Shown here: one piece after another, positions 26,281-38,885 of the stretch
Layout of the letters: the number at the start of each line of letters is the position of its first letter
Numbering within the stretch: the stretch's first letter is position 1
Source of the DNA: Felis catus
Taxonomy: Eukaryota
DNA: 64,000 nt
Direction: 5' to 3'
Assembly: GCF_018350175.1 (NCBI RefSeq)
Contig: NC_058369.1
Coordinates: forward strand, 28,150,001-28,214,000
The notes under the pieces: generated by a model
The model's database searches: none
Told to the model about the DNA's origin: nothing
The model's input: only the letters and a program-made list of their open reading frames with translations
Program-made: the position numbers and the translations under genes

Positions 26281-27039
26281 ATGCATACAAAGGAAAAAAG
26301 TCAGGTATGGTATACACCCAAATGTTCACCGCACGCTGACCAGTGGGATTACAGGTGATTGTCTCAATATCCTTAAACATTATCTGACTTTTGTAATCAA
26401 AAAGAGAAAGCAATTAAGGAATTAAGATGCATCTTTATTTTTCCTTAAGGCAACTTATTTCTAAATGCTTCACACCACCTGTGTGGGGGGGGAAAAAAAA
26501 GAAAGAAGGAGGCCAAAAGGACAGCTTGTTAAGGCTTAAATATTACAAATTTGATTTTCAATAGTTTAAGTATCTGTGGGATAGCGGGAAGCCACTGAAA
26601 ACATTGGGGTGATCCTAATTTAGTGAGAGAATTTGTGCTTGAGGTTCCTAATGGCAGGGGTGGGGCACCCTTACAATGATGGGGGTCAGTGTAGAGGGCT
26701 CTACACACTGGTTAGTCCCCACTCCCAAGACTTTCAGAGAGAAGTCTGGAAAGAATCACCAGTATAGGATGCTCTGTGCTGGTGGGAATCAGCAATTGCA
26801 CTTCTAATACGTTGGCTGGGAGAAATAAGAATCACTGATCCACCAAGAGATCATGAGTGGAGAGCTATGCAATTAATTAAGACAGTATAGGTAGAAGATC
26901 AAAGAAAAGCAGAAAGGAAAGACACAGGTAAGTTCTATAGTTGGAGCCTAGAGATAAGATAAAGGGAAATGAAGGGTGGGAGGGGGAGGAGTAAGCAGAG
27001 GTGTGGGTTGGAGGTTGTAATTAAGAATATTCTAAAATA

Positions 27040-27270
27040 GGGGCGCCTGGGTGGCGCAGTCGGTTAAGCGGCCGACTTCAGCCAGGTCACGATCTCGCGG
27101 TCCGTGAGTTCGAGCCCCGCGTCGGGCTCTGGGCTGATGGCTCAGAGCCTGGAGCCTGTTTCCGATTCTGTGTCTCCCTCTCTCTCTGCCCCTTCCCTGT
27201 TCATGCTCTGTCTCTCTCTGTCCCAAAAATAAATAAATGTTGAAAAAAAAAATTAAAAAAAAAAAAAAAA
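27040..27270 (+). mobile_element. Young felid-type CAN-SINE
   Basis: CpG-intact; perfect 17-bp TSD aagaatattctaaaata (27023-27039, 27271-27287). Confidence 0.98.
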
Positions 27271-28589
27271 AAGAATATTCTAAAATAAATGTTTATTTCT
27301 CATAACCGAAGAAAGCTTTAAAATGTAAAACTGTTTGCTTCAAAGAAAATTTTCATACGATATGTAAATCTTTACCTAGATTAACACAGAAAATGAAGAC
27401 GCTGGTTTCCATTTAGTACTTAATGTGTGGAACATTGTAATCTTTTATATTATTGGGATGAGACCACATAGGCTATTGCAATGAGATTTATAAGCAGATA
27501 AAACTTCTTTCAAATTAACTGTTTCCAATAGAGTTAAAGTGGATATTTGTGACTTATAAAACAAAAATTTATTTCTAGGAGTTTTTAAGCCAACTAAAAA
27601 AGCAATCACAACATTGAAATATTTTGAATTAAACACGAGCAAAAGAACAATTAATGAGAAACCCAATAACCTTTTATACTGTTCAAAAAATCATTTTCAC
27701 AGTTTTATCTATCTGGCAATGTTGAACTTAATCTGAGCCCTGTACTCCCAGAAAACAGCCAAAGTCAAGGAATTCTTATTCTTTGTGTTTGGGGAAACAC
27801 CCAAAACAACAACGACAGATCTGTCCTCGGATATTATGAAATCCACATCCACCCTTCCTCCTCTCATTACATAAAATGTCAAATTTTTACCTCATCTTTG
27901 ACAACACTTACATAGGAAATGAAACATTTTAAGTGTCATAAATGATACAAACTGACCTCTATTGTTGGACATACAGCATGTCTCCAATTTTTCAAAACTA
28001 CAAAGCTACATTAGATATCTTTGTACAAACAACTCCAACTTTTCTCATCCTTCCTTGAGACTTTCCTCATTAATAAACGTTCCCCCTGTTGTAACAGCCT
28101 GGATAAAATCATCTGCTTAATTGTCTGGTACATCTGGTCTTTGACATACTCCACTATTAAGAGTTTTCCAGAAAAATATAGCAGAAAATAAATCAGACCA
28201 TATCACACATACTTTCTCCAGCTGTTATTCAGAAAACATACAAATGCAAAACAATTTCACAAAGGATATTTAATAGCAATTGATAATGCTGGTACAAGGA
28301 TTCCAAGAAAGTGTAAGAGATTCAATGAAAAATCTCACTGTGCCTGTAGATAAATTAGTACAACTGAAAAATATTTCAAATGTTTTATTTGAATGGCAAA
28401 GAAAATAATATTAAGCAAGGAAGCCTGACTTGCTATAATTGGAAAAGACTCTCAACTTAGCAAACCACATAGGTAGCACACAGAATTTCACAAAGGCCAA
28501 AATGTTTGACCAATTCTAGCACGGAAATTGCAACTTTGGCAAAGGAACAAGGTCCTAATCATGACAATGACTTAAAAACACAGATTTCA

Positions 28590-28792
28590 GGGGTGCCTGG
28601 GTGGCTCAGTCAGGAGTCCGAACCCTGCCTAAGGCTCTGGGCTCTGTGCTGACAGCTCAGAACCCGGAGCTGCTTCGGATTCTGTGTCTCCCTCTCCCTC
28701 TGTCCCTCCAACCACACCCCTCCACCCCATCTCTGTCTGTCTCTCTCTCTCAAAAGCACAAACATTTTTTTTTAATTTAAAAATAAATAAAT
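28590..28792 (+). mobile_element. CAN-SINE with internal deletion
   Basis: Head jumps from the A-box to a degenerate B-box; flanks acacagatttcag / acacagacttcag. Confidence 0.9.
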
Positions 28793-30260
28793 GAAGACAC
28801 AGACTTCAGGCCCATGTGGGATTCAGGAAGCACCTAGTTCCAAATTTCAGCAGGTTGTTGAATCACAAATCCCAGGCACAATTCGGGGCAGCGATTCCAA
28901 TTAATGTTTCAAAACATGTGATTTCCTAGAGTTTATTTTGCTTGGAAGAAAATCATTAAATATATCACATTTAATTTCTATCCTTCTGTGAGACTCCTCG
29001 TGTAAATAAAAGCCCCAAATGGAGGAAGGGGGTGTGGAATATTCTAACCACAAGTAGTTTTGGGTTCTGCAGAAGTGAAATGATGCTGAACTCTAAGGCA
29101 GGACGTATGCAGCAGAAGCAGCTCCAGTTGGTACCAAAGCTGCCTTAATTTGGACGAAGAATCAGCAACCTATTTCCTGAGGCCGCAACAAAGGATGCCT
29201 GTAGGCTACCCCATTTAAGTCTCGGGAAACTCTCCAAGTTTCCATTTGGCAGATGCAAAGGTGAGACATGGTGAGGCTTTATTGTGTGCCTAGGATAACA
29301 AAGTTGGTGGAAAGTGGTAAATAGTGATTACTCAGCAAGGACTCAACATGCAGCATTGTGAGAGTCAAGGACATTCAAATTTATAGGAGACCAATAGAAT
29401 GTGGCCAAATAAAAGTATTTAAAAGTATTTAATGAATTCAAAACAATGATTAGTAATTAACACATCAATCTTCTGGATGTCAATAGATCTAAACTGCTGG
29501 GGGAAAATTTTTTTTTTTCTTTTTTAAATAGTGCTGGAGCTTGCTTGTAAAGTTTCTTCTCTTGAGTTGATTAAATATTCTCTCTAAAATCTTGTTTACA
29601 TTATTAATTTGCTCAGCAACCCCTGTCTTCAGAACAGTGTAAATTTCTACCTGGTCCCTGAAGAGTTAGCACATATTTTTAATTAAAATGGTCTTGAATA
29701 AATTGAGCTGTTATTCTTACAGGCTATATTATTAACAGTATTAACTCTGAATAAGACAGAATGTTAAAAAAACAAGGTACATTATAAGTATGCAAATATA
29801 GGCCCCTTGAACAGTGAAAGATTTACCTAAATTTCATAAAAAGATCTGACTCCAAATTATGAAAAAGGGACAGTGAGTTACCTACAGCTTTCATGAACGA
29901 TTCACAATAATAAAGAATGTAAAGATGTGTCAAAAGTTTATAGGTTCAAAGTACAAACTGAATGCTTCCTTTAGGACAATCTAAAACAAAATTACACATC
30001 GTGAGAAAGACTGTGACACTTTTCTTACTTATGATCTAAATGATAATAACAGTTATGTGCATAATGATACAATTGTATGCTGCCACGAACAGTTTAAATC
30101 AAGTACCCTGTAGAACTTCCACATCTGAGTGCTTCGGATGTAGCTTTGCCACTCTTTCACTATATTCAATTTTCTATTGACCCAGAGGAGTGGTCTGTAC
30201 CTTAAAGTGATGCTATTAAAATTCTTGCATTTTACTTTCAAGCTCTTAAAGGCTAGGTAC

Positions 30261-30976
30261 TAATGAAGTTTTGGGGTGATGGGGGGCTCATGGGGTCCAG
30301 AGCCAATGGCCAAGAAAGAATTCTGGAGGATGTCTTTGGTGCAAAAAGGTGATTTTACTAAAGCATGGGGACAGGACCCATGGGTAGGAAGAGCTGCACT
30401 GGGGTCCTGATGGGTAACTCATTATATACCCTCAGGGTGGGAGGGGGTCAGGGGTAGAGTACTCGCTAAGGAATTTAGGAAGCAAGGTTTCCAGGACTTT
30501 GAGGGGCTAGCAGTTGCTAGGGAAACACCATTTATTACTCTTTAATTAAGCCTCAGTCATGAGACGCTTCTGATGCATATCAGGGGCCATAAGTTTGGAG
30601 TATGATTGCCAGAATATAGCTTGGGGCAGTTGAGATAAAGGAAGTAGTCTTACAGGATCCTCGAGGTTGGGATAATGTTAAGCTAAGATTATCTTTTCCC
30701 CCTAGCAAAGTGTCATCATTGAGGCAGCTGAGCTCCTAGAGGGAGGTCACTCTGCCAGTGTCAAGGACCTGTCAATGGTCTGTAGGCAGTAAGGGAACTT
30801 AATTTTTCATTTGCCATAGTTTCCCACATGACCATGGCAAGCACTTAAACCCCTCTCCTTTATTGTGGGGGCAGCCAGGAGTGTCTGAGGAATATCACAC
30901 ATATTCCACCTGGGGTGGGGGTGGGGGGGGTGCGAGCTTGTGTTTGGCCCTCAGCCTGCCTCCTGCTCCCTCATCA
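30261..30976 (-). mobile_element. Solo ERV LTR, 716 bp
   Basis: Termini taatga...tcatca (inverted repeat, one mismatch); 5-bp TSD ggtac at 30256-30260 and 30977-30981; on the minus strand TATATAA (~30422-30428) precedes AGTAAA (~30354-30359). Confidence 0.88.
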
Positions 30977-31149
30977 GGTACCATTTTGTCATCATCTACC
31001 ATGCAGAGGGGCTGAACTCATGCATTCTTCCCACTGCTTGAATGCCTCTAAGCCAGGTACCAGGTTGGGATGTGAGACAAATGCAGGAGGCCATGGGATC
31101 CTACTAACAAACAAGGAGACTGGAAACAAGCAAGGAACTGTACAACAGA

Positions 31150-31390
31150 GAGGCAGCTTTGGGTCAGTGGTGTCTATGCACCCAGGTTGCACAGTCAGAC
31201 CTGGTTTAAATCCTAAATGTGACTTTAGGTATATCACTCAAGGTCTCTCACTCAACCTCTTCCTCATCTGAAAAATCAAAGCAATGGAAGTCCCTACCTC
31301 ACAGACTTGTGAGGATTAAATGAGATGATGCAAAGCTCTCAATATAATTCCATGGTACACAGTATATGCTCAATGAAAATTAGCTGCCAT
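31150..31390 (+). mobile_element. MIR SINE
   Basis: agtcagacctggtttaaatcc...ttcctcatctgaaaaat...cctacctcacagacttgtgaggattaaatgagat. Confidence 0.75.
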
Positions 31391-32166
31391 AAGGATATAA
31401 TATTATCTCTTTTTGCATTATAATGAGTGCCGTGATAAGCTATATTAAGGATGCTAATAAGAACACCAGGAAGAGCAATAAATCTCCCTGGAGAAGTTCA
31501 GTATGAACAGAAGGGCTACAGAAGAGAGAATGCCAAGTAACCAGTCTTCGCTATCTATGAGGGAAAAAAAAAAACAAAAAAAACAAACTGAGTGTTGCTC
31601 AAGAAAAACTTTCAAGAGAAGATGTCGTGTTCATTTAAGTGACTATTTCATCTTAAGAAAGCAGTCTTCAGCCTCTGATCAAACCAGAACCCTAGCCATC
31701 CTGATGATCATTATTATTACCATCCATAAATTCATTTGCTGCATCCCAGCTTGGCATGTGAATGCTCATTTGTTACAATTATCCCTTCAGTTTGACATGG
31801 AGAGAAAGCAACCAGAAAGCAACTTCTATTACCCTGGGAGGCTCCTCCAAATAATTAAAATTCTGAAGCACTCCTCAAGCTGAAAGCAGTCAGCCCTCAT
31901 TGAGGGCACGTTGTATTAAATAAGCAGGCTCATGGTTGTTGTTCTTGCAACCCAAGTGCTTGAGCTCACAAGTCCCACAGCACCAAAAGTCATTATTTTT
32001 TAACCTAATTTTTTAAGTCCCCAAATCTATCTTCGAAAAAAAGGCCACCGTTTCTCACACAGGCCTTGGGCCCTTTCCAGGTACTCATCACTGGGCTAAG
32101 GTTGTAACATACACAATCTCATCTTCCATAGTCTTTCTAGGTAGATGATACTATTCCTGTTTTAAA

Positions 32167-32379
32167 TTTTTTTTTTCAACGTTTATTTATTTTTGGGACA
32201 GAGAGAGACAGAGCATGAACGGGGGAGGGGCAGAGAGAGAGGGAGACACAGAATCGGAAACAGGCTCCAGGCTCTGAGCCATCAGGCCAGAGCCCGACGC
32301 GGGGCTCGAACTCACAGACCGCGAGATCGTGACCTGGCTGAAGTCGGACGCTTGACCGACTGCGCCACCCAGTCGCCCC
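32167..32379 (-). mobile_element. Young felid-type CAN-SINE
   Basis: Perfect 19-bp TSD atactattcctgttttaaa (32148-32166, 32380-32398). Confidence 0.98.
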
Positions 32380-34561
32380 ATACTATTCCTGTTTTAAAAG
32401 GAACTGAGGCATAAATGGGTTCAAATACTCACCCAAGTTTCATTAGCTCAAACATATTAGAGCTTAGATTTGAACCCAACTTTTAAGTCAATGCCCATAG
32501 CCACTATATTACCACATATGCGCCTTGAGGACATATTTTTTCTTTTTCTTTCTTAAAGCGATACTTACATTCAAAATGCAAATGAAGGTAGGGTAGAAGA
32601 TAGGTGAGGAAGGTGGGGAGAATAGGTGGGGAAAGAAGGTAAACTACCCAGCCACTGCAGGCAGAGGTGAGCTCAGAATCCACATACCATCCTAATGAGT
32701 TCGCGTTTTCCTGGAGATCAGACAGGACTCACTTTTTCACAAAAGACTGAACTCAATTTTCAGTCAGAGTCTGAGACAACAAAGGCCACTCATTGCCTAT
32801 TGGGCTTCGAGGACTCACTTCTGCCCCATTATTGGGCTTCAGACGTGCCATCTGCTCATGGGCCTTTACATGGTGACTGGTGAGTCTCCCTCATGAAGTG
32901 GGATGAAAGTGTCTTACCTCTACGCAAGACTTGAGAACCAACAATTGAACCAATTGCAGATGAATACAGGGTTGTTGTAACCATTAATTAAAATGAGCTC
33001 ACAGTTTGTTTAGCATAGTGCCAGGCACACAGTAGGCATTTAATATGTTTGCCCCATTACTAATAACTTTTATGGATATTATCAGGATTCCTAGGAGTCC
33101 TTTAAGTAGGATGGGAGCATTTTCCTATAATACATGCCGTTCTCTCAAGAGGATGCAACCTGATAGAAATAACTAAAGCAAATGATTAACTTGTGCAAAT
33201 GAGGAAACCAGCAAATGACTGCTTTCTTTGACTTGTAACAGCCACATGCTTGACTGGAGGAAAATTTATTTTGATAAATGTTTGTCAGTAGGGAAAAATG
33301 GGCTAGGATTAGGCTGGCATCAGAAAAAGGAAATTCATAGAGAGGAAAAAAAATAATCATTTTTTTAAAGGATCAAAATCCACTATTAGACAAACCTGCT
33401 TACCAAATGCAGTTTAAGTTAAATACCATTAACAATTGGGTAAACTGAGTCTAGCAGTGGTTGGACTCATATAATGAAGTGATTAATTTAACTGTTCAAT
33501 TAATTCAAAAGATGTCCAGTCCATGTGCATGAAGACCCTGCCAGTGAGTTAGACTAATGGGAAGAGTTGGCATATAAATAGCCACCAGACTCAATTAATT
33601 CACATTTGATAGGATGCCTGGATAATGTTGGCTTACAGCTGGGTTTATACAACATAAAACACAGAGTTGAATTTTAATATTAGTAAGTATAAATATTTGA
33701 AAAGGTATACCTTTTTTACTTATAGCCCAGGAGAAAAAGGAAGGTGGCACAATTCCTGGATACCTCAAATGAGGGAGGTTCCCAGTCTTTGCTCAAATTC
33801 AAGAACATTTACTTTACACCTATTCTGTCACACTCACCCCTGCCCACCTCCCAAGACCAGACCTGACTTGCTACTTTCCTTCCATGACAACTGTAGACAT
33901 AACTCTCAGTTTTGCAAAGTCGCGCTGTGGGGACCACTACGTCCCTTCTTAAAGACAACACTAATTAAAGAACCTATTTAATCTCTTGCCCCAAAGATTT
34001 CAGTGTTTAACTCAACTTCCCCATAATTCACTGCATGCAGCAATTAAATTAATGGAGGCAGTAGCAGCAGCATGGAATCCTTTAAAACCCCTATGGGCTT
34101 GTTCCTTTGATTAGACCAGATCAAGGAAGCAGCAGCTATTTGCAGGCAGATTAGAGGGGCTCCCTTTTTTTATTGCCATCAGTGCTGAAGATTGAAAGGT
34201 CAGGTGTGTTGACATCTTACTCATAGCCATCTGTGACAGTTTACATTGAGGTTATCCTTAAAGAAGTTTTAAATGCAGGAAGAGGACCATATGGATCGGG
34301 AAGCATGAGGCGCGCTCATACATTTCAAGCAAAGGTACCAAGTGGATTTATACATATCTGCTTTCTCAACACACCCTGACTGCCACCTCCAGGTGCCAAT
34401 AATGGATGCAGGAAATCAGTATCCTGATGATCTGGGAGATACAATGGGGGCCCTCAGGGTCATACAACATTTAATTATGCTCTTCATGGTTTGGGGACTA
34501 TGTTGCATTTGATTACATTTTAACCTTTGGTGGAAAGAAAAGTACTTATTATGTGTTTTAT

Positions 34562-34760
34562 CAAGTGATTCCCAAATCCAGCTCAATCAAAAAATCACTT
34601 CAACGTTTTTATATTAAAAAAACAAAGTTTAAAAACAACTTCCCAAGTCTCATCAGAGAGCCAGTGAATACATATCTCTTGGGGACTGGGCCCAGGAATC
34701 TCTAGTTTCTAAGAGCCCCTGACGTGGTTTCTAGTCATGACCCAGTTCAAGGACTCATGG
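34562..34760. mobile_element. MER5-like hAT MITE, degenerate
   Basis: caagtgattcccaaa...ggggactgggcccaggaatctctagtttctaa. Confidence 0.5.
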
Positions 34761-35536
34761 GCACATGTCACAGTGCCTAAGTATAAGAATATTTAATTGA
34801 AAAGAATAAATAGCAATGCTCAATTAATCAAAGCGTAGGCTGGGAGAGCCAGGCTGCCTGGGATTAAAATCTCATTCTCCCACTGCTAGTAGGGTAGGTG
34901 AACCTACCCATTTATAGGACTGAACCTCTATGGGTCTCACTTTTCCTCACTTTTAAAATGGGACTAATACTACCTACCACAGGTACCTGTATGGAAAGCA
35001 CTTAGCATTGGGCCATAACTATATTAAGCTATCCCAAAGTATGAGTGATTCTTTTTAAACCAGATTCCAGAAATTGTAGAAAACAAAGTATCATAGTAAA
35101 CAAGTTGTCCACAAAACAGAGTAGTCTTTTTCCTCTCATTCAATTCTTAACACTTAATACTATACTTCCTATAGATTAGGCTGAACATAATGGCTCAGTG
35201 AGAATTAAAAGCTACGTTACTTAATAATTTACTTAATTCAAAGGTATCATCAATTCACTAATAGCTTTCTTGGAATTAAAGAAGGAAAACGAGGATGTGA
35301 AGACTGTCAACTGCATCCCCGTTTCAGAAGTGTTAAAAGGTACTGGGCTAAAACAGGAGAATCTCATGCCGTCAAGAACCTAGGAAAGTCTGTGTTAACA
35401 AGGCAGCATGTGCTCAAGTGCACATAAAGTCCTCTTGAGCCACTATCAGCAACATGAAATCCTACAAAACATTCTAGAGTCAAATGGTCTGGAAATCACT
35501 GCCTACCAATGCCCTCCTTCCCACACCCTCTTTTTC

Positions 35537-35766
35537 TTTTTTTTTTTTTTAATTTTTTTTTCAACGTTTATTTATTTTTGGGACAGAGAGAGACAGAGCA
35601 TGAACGGGTGAGGGGCAGAGAGAGAGAGGGAGACACAGAATCGGAAACAGGCTCCAGGCTCTGAGCCATCAGCCCAGAGCCCGACGCAGGGCTCGAACTC
35701 ACGGACCGCGAGATCCTGACCTGGCTGAAGTCGGACGCCTAACCGACTGCGCCACCCAGGCACCCC
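35537..35766 (-). mobile_element. Young felid-type CAN-SINE
   Basis: 13-bp TSD caccctctttttc (35524-35536, 35767-35779). Confidence 0.98.
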
Positions 35767-37538
35767 CACCCTCTTTTTCATAGATTCACAATGCGTATTC
35801 ACATATTAAAACATCTGAAAGTTGAGAAGTCTTTCAACAGCTATACCAGTTGAACTTGGCCTGAACTTTTCCACTTACCCTTTGGGGGATAAACGTGATC
35901 AGTACACATTCTGAGAAATAGTAAAATCAAGCAAAGTGTCATGGCTACAGTAATTATGAAGATCTTTGTCCAAACAGCTTGTCTTATCAGAATACAAGGT
36001 CTATGGGGAAAGAAGCCTCATGTCTTTAGACAGGATTCAAAGCTTCCTTCCAAGGATAATAAGACCCTTTCTTGTTATTTATTAGACTATAAGAAATGAA
36101 CCATGAGAAAACCAGGAGAGCCATTACTTTTTGCGAGCAAACTTACAAGTCGAGAACATTACTGAGCATTCATATTGCATGATAATTTGACAAAAAGACA
36201 TTTTTACAGTTTTTAATTATCCCACTGATAAGATTAAAAATCTAGAAACTGTTTATTCCAGTCCATCTTGGAAAAATAACTACATTCAATAAATACAGAA
36301 TAGAGACAGCTTTAATTTTACATGTGGGCCAGGAGGATCCGTTTCTCCCAAACCATGTATCATCCCATATGTGCTGTGATTTACAATCCCCAAAGCATTA
36401 AAGTTTGAATTGTCAATTTTCTGTTTTGGATTCATTGGAATTCTGATCCTATAGTCACACTAAAATAGATGCAGGCTAAAAGAAAAGTCTCCACATTTTA
36501 AAGCCAGATGGCCTATATAATCTAAATATTTTTTCATTGCTTGTTCAGAAGAAAATTCATGTTGGAAGTAGTGAATTCATTTAAGTAGACATGAATTTAA
36601 CGTTTCCTTAGTCATCAGTCCCAAACTTAGGACTCTATTTAAAGAAACTGTATTTTTTAATTAAGTTTAAAAAATAACAAAAAAGATATATATAACAACC
36701 CTGGCACAGAAAACTTTTCTTTAAGAGAAATCCTCTAATGTTAAGAAAAAGAACAATTCTCCATTCCATGGTATAATCAAATAATTTTTTTCTTTCAATT
36801 GAAAAAGGAGATCTTTATTTGAATTATGTCTGGCATGATCAAAAAAGGTCTGATTATTCCAAATTGTCTGATAGTAAGTATGTTATTAAAGACAGAGCCT
36901 TATTCGTGATTTTCCTTTAAAAATTTTTTTTGCCAAAGAATACAATTCTACCATTTTAATCTTAGACAGATAGAAACTCAGGACTTGGACTGTATTAGGC
37001 AACATTCTTAAACTTGCCTCTTGGGATCTCTCTTCTATTGATACAAATATATATAAATATACATCGCAAGACTCTCCAGCAGCCCTGGGAGACATTACCA
37101 TACTGAGCTATTCAGCTAAATGAAATCAAGAAACTAATAAAAAGCGCTGCAACTTTCTTCTCTTCATCATATTTAACATCTCCGTTCTTCAAGATGAAAG
37201 GAGGCAGCTATACCATAGCCTTAAAAATGTCACAGTGGGATCTTCTCTCCAGCACTGTAAGAACTGTTCAGCTGTACAGCACAGGACCTCTTCAAATTAT
37301 AGTTGACTCTTGAACAACATGAGGATTAAGGGGCACTGACCCCCCTGGGGCAGTAAAATCCATTGTAACTTTTGACTCCCCAGAAACTTATTGACTGGAA
37401 GTCAATTAACACTTATTTTATATATGTATAATACACCATTTTCTTAAAATAAACAGAGAAAAAATGTTAAGAAAATCATAAAAGAAAATACATTTACAGT
37501 CCTGTACTGAATTTACTGAAAAAAAAATTCCATGTATA

Positions 37539-37640
37539 GGGGTGCCTGGCTGGTTCAGTCTGTAGAGCATGTGACTCCTGATCTCAAGGTTGTGAGTTCG
37601 AGCCCCACGTTGGGTATACAGATTACTTAAAAACAAAGCC
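37539..37640 (+). mobile_element. Short tRNA-derived carnivore SINE (no CT tract)
   Basis: ggggtgcctggctggttcagtctgtagagcatgtgact...gagttcgagccccac; tail resumes after 37864; catgtata on both flanks. Confidence 0.88.
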
Positions 37641-37642
37641 TT

Positions 37643-37864
37643 TTTCTTTATTTTTTTTTAACATTTATTTCTAATTGAGAGACAGAGAAAGACAGAGCAT
37701 GAGCATGGGAGGGGCAGACAGAGGAGGAGACACAGAATCTGAAGCAGGCTCCAGGCTATGAACTGTCAGCACAGAGCCCGATGCTAGACTCAAATTTACA
37801 AACCATGACATCATGACCTGAGCCAAAGTCAGAAGCTTGATCGACTGAGCCACCCAGGCACCCC
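37643..37864 (-). mobile_element. CAN-SINE inserted in the tail of the short SINE
   Basis: Reverse SINEC; TSD aacaaagcctt / aacaaagtctt. Confidence 0.95.
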
Positions 37865-38526
37865 AACAAAGTCTTTAAAAAAAATACATGTATAAGTGCA
37901 CACACACAGTTCAAACCCATGTTGGTCAAGGCTCAGCTGTATTCCCCACTTGGGGTAAAAGGTTGGAGGCTTTTTCCTTCTGCACATTACCCTCATGTTT
38001 GACTATTAAGCATTCAAAGTCAGTCTCTCACCAGTCTTAGAAAACAGACCATTATTTTATTTAAGGCAAAGGTCTTGAAAGGCGGTTAGAGGTAGGCTAA
38101 GAATGGGAGGCCCCAAACAAGCCATGGTCTGCCCCAACTAGAGCACCTCCAGTGGAATCTGTTTGATAAAGTGAGTTTCCACATAAGATTATAAGTAATT
38201 TAAGAAAGGAAATATGCATTTTAAAAAGAAAAATCTGAAAACCCCTAGTTGAATGGGAGTGTAACACACATGTAAGGTAAGTCTTACCCCAGCATCAGGG
38301 TGAGGATCCAGGCTAGGATTTTCTGCTTGCTGAGACAGTCCTTGGACCCAAAGGCCTAGAGCAATGGGCCACATTACAGAAAGTGCCCTTCCTGCCAGGG
38401 ACAAACTAGCAACATCTGTGCCAAGAGCACATCTCTACATCCTCTTACTGACTCAAGTTGTGGTTCAGAGGTTGAAGCTTTCACAGTCAGCCTAAAGTAG
38501 GGCCAGCCCACAGTCAGTGCACGCAT

Positions 38527-38527
<1 letters not shown>

Positions 38528-38575
<48 letters not shown>
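38528..38575. repeat. (CA)n microsatellite
   Basis: Read directly. Confidence 0.95.
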
Positions 38576-38577
<2 letters not shown>

Positions 38578-38719
38578 GAAGGGGTGCCTATCTTGGGCCA
38601 GGCATCCTGCCGGGAGCAGGAGGATGTTGTACACAGACAGATAGCATAGCCCCTGCTACCTAGCAGTCAAGTCTAATGGATGAATGGCCATTAACCAAAT
38701 CTTAAAAAGGAATGACATG

Positions 38720-38885
38720 CGATGAGCCCCTCCATGCATCAGGCATCATTCTAACATCAGTCCATTCAATCCTCACATGTCTCAGAATGAGGTGCTATGA
38801 TGTCTCCATTTCACAGAAGAGGCACTGAGGCCCAGAGAGGTTACAGGGCTGGTAAGAGGCCGAGATTGATCTCAGGCTCAGCTGA
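38720..38885 (-). mobile_element. MIR SINE
   Basis: ccatttcacagaagaggcactgaggcccagagaggtta core. Confidence 0.7.

Larger units (their letters stand above)
37300..37939 (+). mobile_element. Tigger1-derived MITE interrupted by two SINEs
   Basis: TA-flanked inverted termini tagttgactcttgaacaacatg ... catgttggtcaaggctcagctg. Confidence 0.88.

Noticed and set aside
37539..37615. tRNA-like sequence with A and B boxes
   Set aside because: It is a SINE head with A-rich tail and flanking duplication, not a tRNA gene.
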